Origin: Candidatus Thorarchaeota archaeon
GTDB taxonomy: Archaea > Asgardarchaeota > Thorarchaeia > Thorarchaeales > Thorarchaeaceae
Assembly: GCA_016840855.1 (NCBI GenBank)
Contig: JAEORO010000086.1
Coordinates: 1-19,514 of the forward strand
DNA length: 19,514 nucleotides
Reading direction: 5' to 3'
Positions 1 through 9,615 of the stretch are shown here, piece by piece. The notes below the pieces were generated by a model. The model saw only the letters and a program-made list of their open reading frames with translations. It did not search any database and had not been told where the DNA came from. Within the stretch, counting starts at the first letter, position 1. Each line of letters starts with the position of its first letter. The position numbers and the translations under genes are program-made.

Positions 1-146
1 AAATCCTCTTTCGCCGCGCCACACATTGGACATACCCAATCGTCGGGCAAATCAGCGAATTTAGTTCCAGCCGCAATACCGCTGTCGGGATCGCCCTCGT
101 CTTCGTCATAAATCCAGCCGCATACCATACATTCGTATTTAGCCAT
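1..146 (-). CDS. Rubredoxin (3' end runs off the window; absent from the ORF track)
   Basis: Manual translation from ATG at 146: [49 protein letters not shown]..., with two CxxCG knuckles and the YD...GDP...GT.F.DLPDDW.CP.CG rubredoxin signature. Confidence 0.97.
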   Translation of the reverse strand, partial: MAKYECMVCGWIYDEDEGDPDSGIAAGTKFADLPDDWVCPMCGAAKED

Positions 147-265
147 ATCAGTGTCTCCGATTTTTCCTATCTACTTCGGATATTTAATCCGCTCGAAAGT
201 TTATGCTGTACTGGATAAAAGGGTTCGGATTGGTAGGAATGAATGAAGATAGAGTTGAAAGATTC

Positions 266-1501
266 TCACTCTTCCTCCTCAAACTCATCATCTGAGGGGC
301 TTTCCTCGTCTTGTTCTTCACCAATTGTACCTAAATCTTCATCCATAGGAATTTCGTCTTTCTCAACTGGTTCTTCAGGCTCAGTTGACTCTTCCTCGGG
401 GATTGAAGGTTCTTTCTCTTCTACTATTTCACCCTCCTCAACTGGTTCTGCTTCCTTCAATTTCTTCCTTGATTCATAGAGATAGTAGAGTACCATTATG
501 AATGCGATGAATGGGAACAGAATGAGCTTGATGACATCTGAAATAACTCCCTGTAGACTTGGATCTACGATTATCAGAGTAAACACACTATCAACAAACA
601 TGAAACCTGATGCGAGGAAATATGTGAATGTTGCAGCGAAATCTCTTGACATCTTGAATCTTGTATCTAAGTCTGCTCTGCTAGAAAGTGTCCTTCCAAT
701 ACCACTCATAGTATAAAGAATGAATGCTATTGAAATTGCGATGCTCACAAGATCAAGATTCGGATCGAATCCCTTCAGAACATTGTATATGAAATAGGCT
801 GAATAGAGTGAGATGAAAAGTCCTAGAATGGATACACCACTTGCTGTTGATTTGTTACGTTCAGCAACTAGTATCATCCCATTCAAGAAGTTGAAACCAA
901 GTGCAAGAAGTCCACCAAAAATAGCAAAACCAATTGCAGGAAGTGAGGGTGTAAATAGAATCCAGCCAACAATTACAGCACCAATGACAACCGCGTAGTT
1001 GAAGATGTAAATTGCTCCATAAAGGAAACCTATGAGAATTGAACGTTTGCCTGTATCTACACTTTTCGCAAAGCTAAGGGAGGTCCTTGTTGCGAAATAT
1101 GACTGGAAACCAATCCAACCCAAGAAGGTGATACCGACAAATATGAAGATGAAGAGTGGGAAGGTGAAGAAGACCATCCCGATCAGAACAAAAGCACTTA
1201 TGACGCCCCAAACGATTGTGTATATGAATGACCTCTTGTACGATTCTTCACTCACAACGAAACGACCAAGTCCTATTGCGGACATGAAGGCAACCAACAT
1301 GAAGTAAATTGGGAATATCCCACCTGAGAACACGAGTAACGCAATGCCCGGAAAGGCATCGCCTAACAGCGCACCAAGCCTTTCCCAGACATTTATGAAA
1401 AATGCACCGACGAAGAATACGAGTGCAAACCATCTTAGTTTCTTACTCTCAAAGAATAGTTTGAGACCTTCAATGAAATTTGTAAGGAATGGTATTTCCA
1501 A
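266..1501 (-). CDS. Hypothetical polytopic membrane protein (about 10-11 TM helices) with a long acidic C-terminal tail
   Basis: 411-aa ORF with TTG start preceded by GAGGAGG. Many hydrophobic ~20-aa segments; last ~60 aa are E/D/P-rich (EEGEIVEEKEPSIPEEESTEPEE...DDEFEEEE). No family recognised. Confidence 0.85.
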   Translation of the reverse strand: MEIPFLTNFIEGLKLFFESKKLRWFALVFFVGAFFINVWERLGALLGDAFPGIALLVFSGGIFPIYFMLVAFMSAIGLGRFVVSEESYKRSFIYTIVWGVISAFVLIGMVFFTFPLFIFIFVGITFLGWIGFQSYFATRTSLSFAKSVDTGKRSILIGFLYGAIYIFNYAVVIGAVIVGWILFTPSLPAIGFAIFGGLLALGFNFLNGMILVAERNKSTASGVSILGLFISLYSAYFIYNVLKGFDPNLDLVSIAISIAFILYTMSGIGRTLSSRADLDTRFKMSRDFAATFTYFLASGFMFVDSVFTLIIVDPSLQGVISDVIKLILFPFIAFIMVLYYLYESRKKLKEAEPVEEGEIVEEKEPSIPEEESTEPEEPVEKDEIPMDEDLGTIGEEQDEESPSDDEFEEEE

Positions 1502-1544
1502 GATTGCATCCTCCTCAAACGCAATTTTTCAAGTAACAATATGA

Positions 1545-2018
1545 CTATTTATTCTTAAGCACATGAAGAATTTCTGCTTCAAGTGTTTCTTTGACAGTTG
1601 GTTTTTCTATGAGAGTGCCTTCTAGGTTCCCTTCTGCATCATAGAAATTGAACCACGGTATAGCGGTTACTCCCCACTCGTTCATTTCAGGTGGTGAAGG
1701 AGGAGAGGCCCATTTATGATTTGGATCTAAAGGAGCAGTCTTGATATTTGTAAATACTAATATCTCGAGACCAAGCTTCTCTTCGAGCTGTAACATGACT
1801 GGCATTGCTCTCTTGCAGTCTCCGCACCAAGCTGCGCTGAAGACAACGACTGTGAGATCCTTAAGAATATCTTTCAGCTCGTCGACCACGCTTGTATCTA
1901 ATTTGTAGTTATTATAGACATCGAGGAATTTCTCTTTGTCCTGTTCCTTGAGTCCATTTATGTAGCCACGTACATTTGTAGTTCGAGATCTGATATCATT
2001 GAGGTCGACCATATCCAA
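1545..2018 (-). CDS. Thioredoxin-fold protein (WCGDC active site)
   Basis: VVVFSAAWCGDC motif after a beta strand, plus a cis-Pro loop (GVTAIPWF). Start may be TTG 2018 or ATG 2012. Confidence 0.9.
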   Translation of the reverse strand: MDMVDLNDIRSRTTNVRGYINGLKEQDKEKFLDVYNNYKLDTSVVDELKDILKDLTVVVFSAAWCGDCKRAMPVMLQLEEKLGLEILVFTNIKTAPLDPNHKWASPPSPPEMNEWGVTAIPWFNFYDAEGNLEGTLIEKPTVKETLEAEILHVLKNK

Positions 2019-2133
2019 GGCACTAGGTCAATCCCTCTAAAACTTTTACATACATCCTTTCAGCTTTGATACGCAATGCTGATAAGATACAACTGGGAAT
2101 CATCAAATGTTCATGATGGGACCGGTGAAGTGA

Positions 2134-2667
2134 GTGTCAGTACAGCTTTACAAAGCAATCATCGTTGGTCCTCCAAATGTCGGAAAGACAAGTTTGGTAC
2201 GGCGTTATCAGAGTGATGAGTTTAGAGAGACACACACAGCGACTATTGCTGCTGAACTTAGCGCTGCAAGCTTTGAGTTTCCTGAAGGTCGAGTGGTTCT
2301 AACAATTGCTGATATTGGAGGACAGGAATCTTTTGCGGGACTAAGACATCAGTTCTATCAAGGTGCGCATCATCTCATAATGGTCTATGATGTTACGAGC
2401 CGACCATCATTTGAAAGGATAACTGCATTATATGAAGCTCTCACAGAAAAGATTTGCATTCAACGAGAGAAGTTTCTTGGCGGTTCACTTGTTGCAAACA
2501 AGTCTGATATGATAGATGATGCTCAAGTTGCAGCTCATGAAGGTCAGCTATTAGCTGATCTACTCACCCTCAAGTTCTTTGAAACCTCTGCGAAAACAGG
2601 TAAGAATGTGAGTGAACTATTCCACTATGCAGCTGCTGAATCGCGTAGACTTCATTTCTCTAGGTGA
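2134..2667 (+). CDS. Ras-superfamily (Rab-like) small GTPase
   Basis: G1 GPPNVGKTS, G2 ATI, G3 DIGGQE, G4 NKSD, G5 ETSAK. Rab-like FYQGA and VYDVT..SF segments. GTG start with GGTGA SD at 2124-2128. No C-terminal Cys. Confidence 0.95.
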   Translation: MSVQLYKAIIVGPPNVGKTSLVRRYQSDEFRETHTATIAAELSAASFEFPEGRVVLTIADIGGQESFAGLRHQFYQGAHHLIMVYDVTSRPSFERITALYEALTEKICIQREKFLGGSLVANKSDMIDDAQVAAHEGQLLADLLTLKFFETSAKTGKNVSELFHYAAAESRRLHFSR

Positions 2668-2692
2668 ATAGAAAAATTTCCTAACTCAATTA

Positions 2693-4066
2693 TTACTGTG
2701 TTGCAACAGTCATTCTGCAATCTTTAATTCTCATTGACGGAATTATTGTGGGTGTTAGTACCTCTCTCCAGTAAATCTGTGTGCGGTCATTACCCATTGC
2801 GTCAATGTTCATGAGCATGCGCATTGTATTGTCACTTATACGCATGTTCTTGATAGGTTTCAGTTCGTTTTTCTCGACGAGGAACATTGCATCTCGTGGG
2901 ATTGTTGAGAACTCTCCTGTTTGATCATTTTGGAAGCGAGTATACCAATTGCATGTTACATATATCGTTGGTCTGGAAACATCTAATAGCTCTTCTATTC
3001 TGTGATTACCATTTTCAAACACGATATTTGATGGTCCGGGTAGAAGCATCTTCATAGAACCACCAGTAAGAATTGAGCTTCCTGTACTTTCAGTTTCAAA
3101 CATTCGTGCAGTAGTAGTATTATGAACATATGACTTGAGTATGCCTTTCTCAAAAATGGTGGTTGCCCTACAAGGAGTTCCTTCCCAGTCAAATCTCCTG
3201 CTGGAGATTCCACCTTTCAAAAGAGGATCATCCAAAGCTGAAATATCTTCTGGAGCAAGCTGTTCTCCTATCTTATCACCAAGCGGTGATGCTCCAATCA
3301 TGATAAGAAATGGATTTGCGAGAGACGGTATGTCACCGATAATGTCAGCCGCGACGGTTGGAGTCAAAACTAAGTCATAAATCCCTGGCTTTCCCTGAAC
3401 AGCTCCCACAGCTTGTTTTGAAAGACGACCAGCTTTAGCACCTGCTTCAATCATTCCCTTTTCGGATTTGGATGGTTCAACACCACATAGAAGACCCTGA
3501 CCAGAATAATCAAGCTCATCTTGTAACGCTCTAACGTTGAGTTCGAAATAGGTCTTCTTTTCAGAACCCTCAGGTCCTTGACTTGATCTGAAGAAGGATT
3601 CCATTTTATCAAACCTAAGTGCTCCCGCAACTCGTTTAGCACCTTCTTCAATCGCGCTATCTACTACAGAATTAATTACACTTGGGGCTTCCTCGCTAAA
3701 CAAGTCAAATTTATTGTCAAGTTGGTCTTTAAGTGCTGGATATGGTTTGATCGTATCTTCAATTCCTGCATAAAACTGAGAGTCTGGTAGAATTTCGGCG
3801 AAAGCTACAACATCATCAACTGCTTGCTTAACGTCGCCTTCTGTTGATATGGGCCGTTGAGTTGAACCTGTTTTAGTTCCCTTGATGACAACAAACAATT
3901 GCAGCTGAAGTGATTCCCATCTTTTACTGATATCAATTAAGTTCTGAGAGAATCTAATCTGTGAGCCACTGGTATTGTTTACTCTTGCAATGATAGCATC
4001 CACCTTGTTGCTGCCATAATCAACAGCAAGGTCCACCATTGATTTTGTATCACGAATACTAGCCAT
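2693..4066 (-). CDS. pmbA: TldE/PmbA family protein (non-catalytic partner of TldD)
   Basis: 457 aa with FDWEG.P and G.LKSYVHN...A motifs of the TldD/PmbA family, no HExxGH. Its ATG overlaps the tldD stop (TAATG at 4066). Confidence 0.88.
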   Translation of the reverse strand: MASIRDTKSMVDLAVDYGSNKVDAIIARVNNTSGSQIRFSQNLIDISKRWESLQLQLFVVIKGTKTGSTQRPISTEGDVKQAVDDVVAFAEILPDSQFYAGIEDTIKPYPALKDQLDNKFDLFSEEAPSVINSVVDSAIEEGAKRVAGALRFDKMESFFRSSQGPEGSEKKTYFELNVRALQDELDYSGQGLLCGVEPSKSEKGMIEAGAKAGRLSKQAVGAVQGKPGIYDLVLTPTVAADIIGDIPSLANPFLIMIGASPLGDKIGEQLAPEDISALDDPLLKGGISSRRFDWEGTPCRATTIFEKGILKSYVHNTTTARMFETESTGSSILTGGSMKMLLPGPSNIVFENGNHRIEELLDVSRPTIYVTCNWYTRFQNDQTGEFSTIPRDAMFLVEKNELKPIKNMRISDNTMRMLMNIDAMGNDRTQIYWREVLTPTIIPSMRIKDCRMTVATQ

Positions 4067-5496
4067 TACCCAACACCTCCCAATCGAATACCCCTGAATC
4101 GAAGTTCTGGTCCACCGGCATATACTGGTATCCCTTGTGAAGGGTCACTTTTCCCACAAGTTCCTGGAAAATCAAAACTGAGGTTCTTTGATACAGCATC
4201 TAGTGCTGAAAGAAGCCCGACACTCGTGGTTTCCATAATAGGCTTTTTCACCATGATGTTTGTGACTTCACCATTTCTGATCAGATATGATTCAGACCCT
4301 GTGTATTTTGATTGGTATCGCCTATCATCTATATTCCATTCTTTGAATCCCGTCATGTATACTCCCAATTTGACATCTTCAATTAACTCATCAAATGAAT
4401 AATCTCCTGCCTCAAAATAGGTATTTGACATTCGAATGATTGGCTCTCTGTTATATCCAGATGAACGAGAAGCACCATTGGATTCTGTACCGAATTTTGC
4501 ACCAAACTCTCTATTTAGTAGGGGCTCATTCACAACTCCATTTTTAACCAGTCTACGTTTTCGAGCTTTGACACCTTCATCATCATAAAGATAGAATCCT
4601 GATGTATTTAGAATAGTTGGATCTTCACTCACATTCGCAGCTTCTGAACCTACTCTCGACTCACCAATCTTGAGGTCTCTCCAGAAGCTCTCTCCAGCTT
4701 GAGCACCCTCTCTTCCCATTATTCTATCCCCCTCACTAGGATGCCCAACATTTTCATGGGAGATTATTCCTGCTACTTCAGGGCCAACAACCATGTCTAT
4801 GGGCTGGGCAAGCAAGTCTTCGACTTTAATCGCTTGTTTGGCTACCCTCTTTAGTTTCTCAACCTGATTTCCAACTCTCTCAACAAGGTTGGTTTCAATG
4901 ATGCGTTCCCAACCGCCTGCTAGTGTGAGATCAAGGTATCTTTGTTCTGAGCCACTATCTCCTTTAGCTGTTAAACTTGCATACATCAAGATATAGGATA
5001 GTTGACTCGCGATTTCTGTTCCCTCGCTGGTTGCTAGGTATTTATCCATCACCTTCGGACTGATTTGAAATGTAAATACATCTAGTCCTTCCATTTGTTT
5101 ATTGACCTCTGCGGATAGTGCCATCAAAGTATCAATATCGATGTCTTCGAGTGGTTCTTTTGTTTTCATCTTCCATTTGGTCTTGTTTGATATTGGTTTA
5201 CCTAAGTCAATTGGAACTTTTCTTTTCGCATTCTTTGCCATCTTGTACGCTAATGAAATCGAGGCTTCTGCCAGACTTTTCTCTAATCTATCATATGATG
5301 CGAATCCCATATTACCATCAACTAGAATGCGAACACCAATACCTGTCGAGGGCGTAAATCCTCCTGAAACCGGTTCACCATTCCTAAATGCAAGCCCCTT
5401 TGTTGTATCTTTAACAAATCTAGCTTCGACATAGCTTCCTCCAAGCTTGCTGCCAAATTCTACACAATAATCAGCTAAATCATACCAATCATCCAA
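4066..5496 (-). CDS. tldD: TldD family metalloprotease
   Basis: HENVGHPSEGDR (HExxGH..E.D) metal motif, YDDEGV, RMSNTY, and C-terminal CGK...Q..PV..GGP. TTG start with GGTG upstream. Confidence 0.93.
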   Translation of the reverse strand: MDDWYDLADYCVEFGSKLGGSYVEARFVKDTTKGLAFRNGEPVSGGFTPSTGIGVRILVDGNMGFASYDRLEKSLAEASISLAYKMAKNAKRKVPIDLGKPISNKTKWKMKTKEPLEDIDIDTLMALSAEVNKQMEGLDVFTFQISPKVMDKYLATSEGTEIASQLSYILMYASLTAKGDSGSEQRYLDLTLAGGWERIIETNLVERVGNQVEKLKRVAKQAIKVEDLLAQPIDMVVGPEVAGIISHENVGHPSEGDRIMGREGAQAGESFWRDLKIGESRVGSEAANVSEDPTILNTSGFYLYDDEGVKARKRRLVKNGVVNEPLLNREFGAKFGTESNGASRSSGYNREPIIRMSNTYFEAGDYSFDELIEDVKLGVYMTGFKEWNIDDRRYQSKYTGSESYLIRNGEVTNIMVKKPIMETTSVGLLSALDAVSKNLSFDFPGTCGKSDPSQGIPVYAGGPELRFRGIRLGGVG

Positions 5497-5613
5497 CTAG
5501 TGCACCATTTACGGACTAATCCCAACATAGTGATAAAGACTCTGAATCACGTACGATTTCCCTACCACATACTTCAAAACAGCTCAATTATTCCTCAATC
5601 TGAGGTCTATGTT

Positions 5614-6942
5614 GTGATAGAGGAAGTTAACAAAAAGAAATGGATGGCTATCTATGCATTTCTAATAATAGATGTTGTTCAGATTCTTCTCGTATCGCTA
5701 CTCTACGTAGGCCATCCAGTTTTTGTATTGGGTTTTGATTTTGCCAACACGAACCCCATCGTATCATTCTCCCTTTTCGTAACCATAAGCTTAATGCAAA
5801 TCACATTGCTCTACTTCACAGCTGCTCAGATGCTTCGACAAAGGGATTTGATTAAGCTTTATCCAGATTATAATCAAGAAACTGAGTGGAAGTGTAGATA
5901 CTCTCGGGACGAAATTGTTGGCTGGACACAAGAACTCGCGAAACAAAGTAATGTTAACGTTGGGAAGATATACTTGATGAGCTCTCCTCTTCCAAATGCG
6001 TTCACATTTAGTCTTCCTCTTTTAGGCTCTATAGTTGTCGTTCACACCAACACCCTTGAGGTGTTGAACGAAGATGAAGTAAAGGCTATTATCACTCATG
6101 AATTAGGTCATATCGCAAATCGCGATTCATTAGTTCAAATATTCACACGGATGCCTTCTTTCTTCATTGATCTAATCTATCTCTACATCTACGTTTTATT
6201 AGGGGTCGGCGTTGCCAGTGCAGTCTTTCTTGATAGTGACCTATACCTTGCGGGAGTACGATTAGCTGTGCTGGGTGGATTCTTTTTAGTTTCAAGAATT
6301 TTAACGATTATCTCCAAGTTATTCATGCAAAAAGCATCACAATATGCTGAATTGATGGGTGATTATCATGCAGCTTCAGTTCTTGGACGCGAAGCAACAA
6401 TCAACGCCTTGATTAGACTTGGACAACGTATTGAAGCAATAACTGCGTTAGTTGAAGAAATTCGTTGGCTAGAGTCGCTAAACCCTGAGCGCACAGGAAT
6501 GGTTTCAAATGCCGAACTCATGAATATGATTACTCACTATCCTCTTGATGGCATCGATGAGGTGAATGCTCGTCAAGTCGCGCCTGGAATCTTTCTTTCC
6601 ACTAGATTGAGGAACTTGAGAGAAATATATGGTGTGCAGTTCAGCGATGAGCAAATCGAAACCGCAGTTGATTCCGCGATTCCAGGTTTGCAGAAGAAAC
6701 GTGACGATGCCAAGCCATCATCTGAAATTAAACGGGATGAACAAATTGTTGATTGGAGAAAAGTCGACTATGATGAAGATAGACGTCTCTCAAATGATGA
6801 ATTAATCGACCTCTTGAAGTTACTCCGTCAGAATCCACAGAAGATGCTCTTTGATCAAGAAGTTGGAATGAATCTCCTGACTCTCGACCATCCAGATTTT
6901 CGACGACGCGTTTTGTTCATTGCTGATGAGTTTGGTCTTTGA
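5614..6942 (+). CDS. M48 family (HtpX/Ste24-like) membrane zinc metalloprotease with a C-terminal insert containing an EF-hand-like loop
   Basis: PNAF, E..A.I.HELGH (6097-6111), E..GD third ligand region (ELMGD), terminal HP...R motif. Two N-terminal TMs and further TMs after HExxH. Start moved from 5500 to GTG 5614, which follows GAGGT at 5602-5606. Confidence 0.88.
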   Translation: MIEEVNKKKWMAIYAFLIIDVVQILLVSLLYVGHPVFVLGFDFANTNPIVSFSLFVTISLMQITLLYFTAAQMLRQRDLIKLYPDYNQETEWKCRYSRDEIVGWTQELAKQSNVNVGKIYLMSSPLPNAFTFSLPLLGSIVVVHTNTLEVLNEDEVKAIITHELGHIANRDSLVQIFTRMPSFFIDLIYLYIYVLLGVGVASAVFLDSDLYLAGVRLAVLGGFFLVSRILTIISKLFMQKASQYAELMGDYHAASVLGREATINALIRLGQRIEAITALVEEIRWLESLNPERTGMVSNAELMNMITHYPLDGIDEVNARQVAPGIFLSTRLRNLREIYGVQFSDEQIETAVDSAIPGLQKKRDDAKPSSEIKRDEQIVDWRKVDYDEDRRLSNDELIDLLKLLRQNPQKMLFDQEVGMNLLTLDHPDFRRRVLFIADEFGL

Positions 6943-6952
6943 TGGTTGGTCT

Positions 6953-8389
6953 TTAATTATTGTTCATCCGGACGTCTTCAATATGATTTGTCCCTCTCAT
7001 TGAAGAGATTAATGCCGCAATGATACAGAAACCTGTGAATGCCCAGATAGTCATCTGAACAGCTTGACCATATCCCTCTGTGAATATTGGACCTGATGTT
7101 GCTCCACCAGGGTTTGTCAAAAGGAAGAACATTCCAAAGATTGTAGTTACGAGTGCAGTTGCAATCGAGAATCCAGTTGTTCTAGCTATATTTGTAAGTG
7201 CGCTCACAACTCCCATATAGCGTTTAGGAGCGGCTGTCATAATAAAATTACCATTTGCCACACTGAAAAACGATAAACCTGTTCCCATTAAGGCTACTCC
7301 AATTGCCATGAGTAAAACATTAGGAATCACTAAGGCAATGAAAACAAGACCACTTAATTGCACCAGTAATCCAATAACAGTTTGAATCTTGGCCCGCATT
7401 CTTTCTGAAACAAATCCAGCAATTGGACCTGTCACAGATATCATGATTGGTTGCACCATTAAGAAGACACCCGTCATGGACTGATTGAATCCAAGAGCTT
7501 CTTGAAGATAAAAAGGCATTAGGAAAGAGATTGGGACCATTGCCATATATGCCAAGATAGCTGAAAAAATACTAGATGATATCCTCCTATCCACTAATAC
7601 CCCGGTTGCAATGATTGGGGTATGAAAGGATCCTTCTCTTATGATGAATGCGAGAAATGTGATTACTATGCCCTCTATAAACAGAATATCAATTTCGATT
7701 GAAATTAAAGGGATAACTGTTACATAGTAAATCAACAAGAATAGAAACGAAAAGAACAGTGCTGCTCCAATTGTATCAAATTTAATTTCTCTGACCTGCT
7801 CAGTTTCGGGTATAATGAATTGAACAACTAGGAAACCGATGATTCCTATTGGCAGGTTAACAAGGAATATACTGGGCCACCCATAATATTGGCTTAGTAT
7901 ACCACCAATAACAGGCCCACTTCCAAGTGCAGCAGCAAGTACTACTGAGTTCATTCCAATCGCTCTCCCTCGGTTTTGAGGGGTCGTAAAGTATGTGACT
8001 AGCGCTAAACCATTAGCGGAAATCATACTAGCACCTAGTGCTTGAAAAACTCTTGAAGCAACAAGCATCTCAAGTCCTATTGATATAGCACACAAGAATG
8101 AACCAGAGATGAATACCAACATACCAAGTTGGAAGATTCTAGTTTTACCAAGTCGATCTCCAAGCTTACCCATTAGTGGCATTGTTGATGTCATAATCAG
8201 CAGATATGCTACGACAATCCATTGGATTGCTGTCATCGTCACACCAAGATCGTCTTTTATGGTCACGAGTGAAACATTAACAATAGATGAATCGAGTGCA
8301 CTCAGAAACACTCCAAAACTTGTGGCTGCCACTATTTTGAAGGGTCCTGGCATTGAAGGTTGTGGATTTGTATCAGTTTCTAAGCTCAT
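6953..8389 (-). CDS. MFS transporter, DHA2 (EmrB/QacA-like, about 14 TM) family
   Basis: LDSSIVNVSL, motif A (GKLGDRLGK), RVFQALGA, motif C (LGSGPVIGG), WPSIFLVNLPIG. Start probably ATG 8389; GTG 8416 is the alternative. Confidence 0.92.
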   Translation of the reverse strand: MSLETDTNPQPSMPGPFKIVAATSFGVFLSALDSSIVNVSLVTIKDDLGVTMTAIQWIVVAYLLIMTSTMPLMGKLGDRLGKTRIFQLGMLVFISGSFLCAISIGLEMLVASRVFQALGASMISANGLALVTYFTTPQNRGRAIGMNSVVLAAALGSGPVIGGILSQYYGWPSIFLVNLPIGIIGFLVVQFIIPETEQVREIKFDTIGAALFFSFLFLLIYYVTVIPLISIEIDILFIEGIVITFLAFIIREGSFHTPIIATGVLVDRRISSSIFSAILAYMAMVPISFLMPFYLQEALGFNQSMTGVFLMVQPIMISVTGPIAGFVSERMRAKIQTVIGLLVQLSGLVFIALVIPNVLLMAIGVALMGTGLSFFSVANGNFIMTAAPKRYMGVVSALTNIARTTGFSIATALVTTIFGMFFLLTNPGGATSGPIFTEGYGQAVQMTIWAFTGFCIIAALISSMRGTNHIEDVRMNNN

Positions 8390-8528
8390 CGATTGTCCAA
8401 CTTCTCTGAATGCCACAAGGCAGTATCGATGTCAACTTGTGGAATTTTCTTCTTCTAATTTCTACCTCTTAATTGCCTTTGCGGTCTGGTTCGAAAGCAT
8501 TTTCAGCGTATAGCTGAGTCCATTTCCT

Positions 8529-9353
8529 ATGCATGATTGGGAGGATTTGATGAAGCAAGGAAAAGAAGATGTTCTCTGCGCCATTAACGTTTGGAGTTCA
8601 CTTCTTGAAGAAACCTTTGGCTCTCGGCTTGAATATGCTTATGCGAAAGGGTCTGCTGTCAAGAATTGGAATTCTCCTGTTGATTATGTCCCAGTGATTA
8701 GTGACTTAGATATACATGTCATGATGACTGATTCAAAATCTCTATTTCCAGAAAATAAAATCGGATTTAACTTGGCAGTCAATGTCTCGAAAAAATATGA
8801 AGATCGTTTTAGAGAAATAAGGGAGGAATACCTTCACATTCCTCGACCTCAGGTTGTTCATATCAATCCTGTTTTAGAAAATCCTTCGTTTATTTTACCA
8901 CAAGTGTCTGATGTTCACATCATGATTGGATCACCAAAGGATGGACCGATTCTACCTACTGAAAAAATTCGATTAGTTGACCGCAAGCAGATTGAGAATC
9001 TATCAGAATATCTAATGGATTTACCAAGGCAGGTCTTTGATCGCGTTGGTCTTGATTTCTGGACATTACTCCGTCGCATGAATTGGAGAGTATCACCAAC
9101 TCCAATAAGACTCCTGACACAGAACCATTCAAATCCTATCGAAGTTTGGCAGTGGAACCGGACACAAATTATCAAGAGTTTGATAGATCATAATCACACC
9201 AATATAGCTGACTCTTATCGAAAATTCTATGATGTTGGATGGGAACTTTTTCTCTCAGCATTTACTGATTATGAAATGCTCCGAGAAATTATAATACATG
9301 GGCAATCTGTGCTTCAAAGATGTCTAGATGAAATTACTAACTATAGAATCTAG
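8529..9353 (+). CDS. Putative Pol-beta-superfamily nucleotidyltransferase with a helical C-terminal domain
   Basis: YAYAKGSAVK...DYVPVISDLDIHV matches the hGS...SDxDh motif (8649-8711), with a longer than usual spacer. Confidence 0.7.
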   Translation: MHDWEDLMKQGKEDVLCAINVWSSLLEETFGSRLEYAYAKGSAVKNWNSPVDYVPVISDLDIHVMMTDSKSLFPENKIGFNLAVNVSKKYEDRFREIREEYLHIPRPQVVHINPVLENPSFILPQVSDVHIMIGSPKDGPILPTEKIRLVDRKQIENLSEYLMDLPRQVFDRVGLDFWTLLRRMNWRVSPTPIRLLTQNHSNPIEVWQWNRTQIIKSLIDHNHTNIADSYRKFYDVGWELFLSAFTDYEMLREIIIHGQSVLQRCLDEITNYRI

Positions 9354-9393
9354 TTTGAGAATCTTTCCCATGCATTGAAACTTTTCTTGTTTA

Positions 9394-9615
9394 TTACGTG
9401 TCCCTGTCTTGATGAATTATGTATTTTGAAACGCCTCGGTGAGACAGCTCTTTCTCGATATTCATTATGTGAACAGCAAGAGCTGCTTGTGTGTTCTTTA
9501 GTGAAATCAAGCTGAGTCTTAGGTCACTATCTGCCGCTGACTTTACTCTTTCAGGCAGAATAACTCCAAGTTTCAGATGTCTTTGATGAATCATAGCTTC
9601 AGTCGTTTTGATCAC
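9394..9615 (-). CDS. Small hypothetical protein (73 aa) with a likely amphipathic or coiled-coil helix
   Basis: Only ORF in an otherwise empty gap. TTATAAA element just upstream on the minus strand (9630-9636). Heptad-like segment LRLSLISLKNTQAALAVHIMNIEKEL. Start uncertain. Confidence 0.55.
   Translation of the reverse strand: MIKTTEAMIHQRHLKLGVILPERVKSAADSDLRLSLISLKNTQAALAVHIMNIEKELSHRGVSKYIIHQDRDT

Noticed and set aside
243-479. Ser-rich 78-aa ORF
   Set aside because: Antisense shadow of the Glu-rich tail of the 411-aa protein (GAA/GAG runs read as TCT/TCC-rich).
2693-5496. TldD/E plus ABC-2 exporter as a RiPP (microcin-like) cluster
   Set aside because: No YcaO, radical SAM or other modifying enzyme and no credible precursor. 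TldDE pairs are common archaeal housekeeping genes.
5500-5613. N-terminal 38 codons of the M48 ORF as given in the track
   Set aside because: They would leave no room for the divergent tldD/M48 promoters; a better SD-led GTG lies at 5614.
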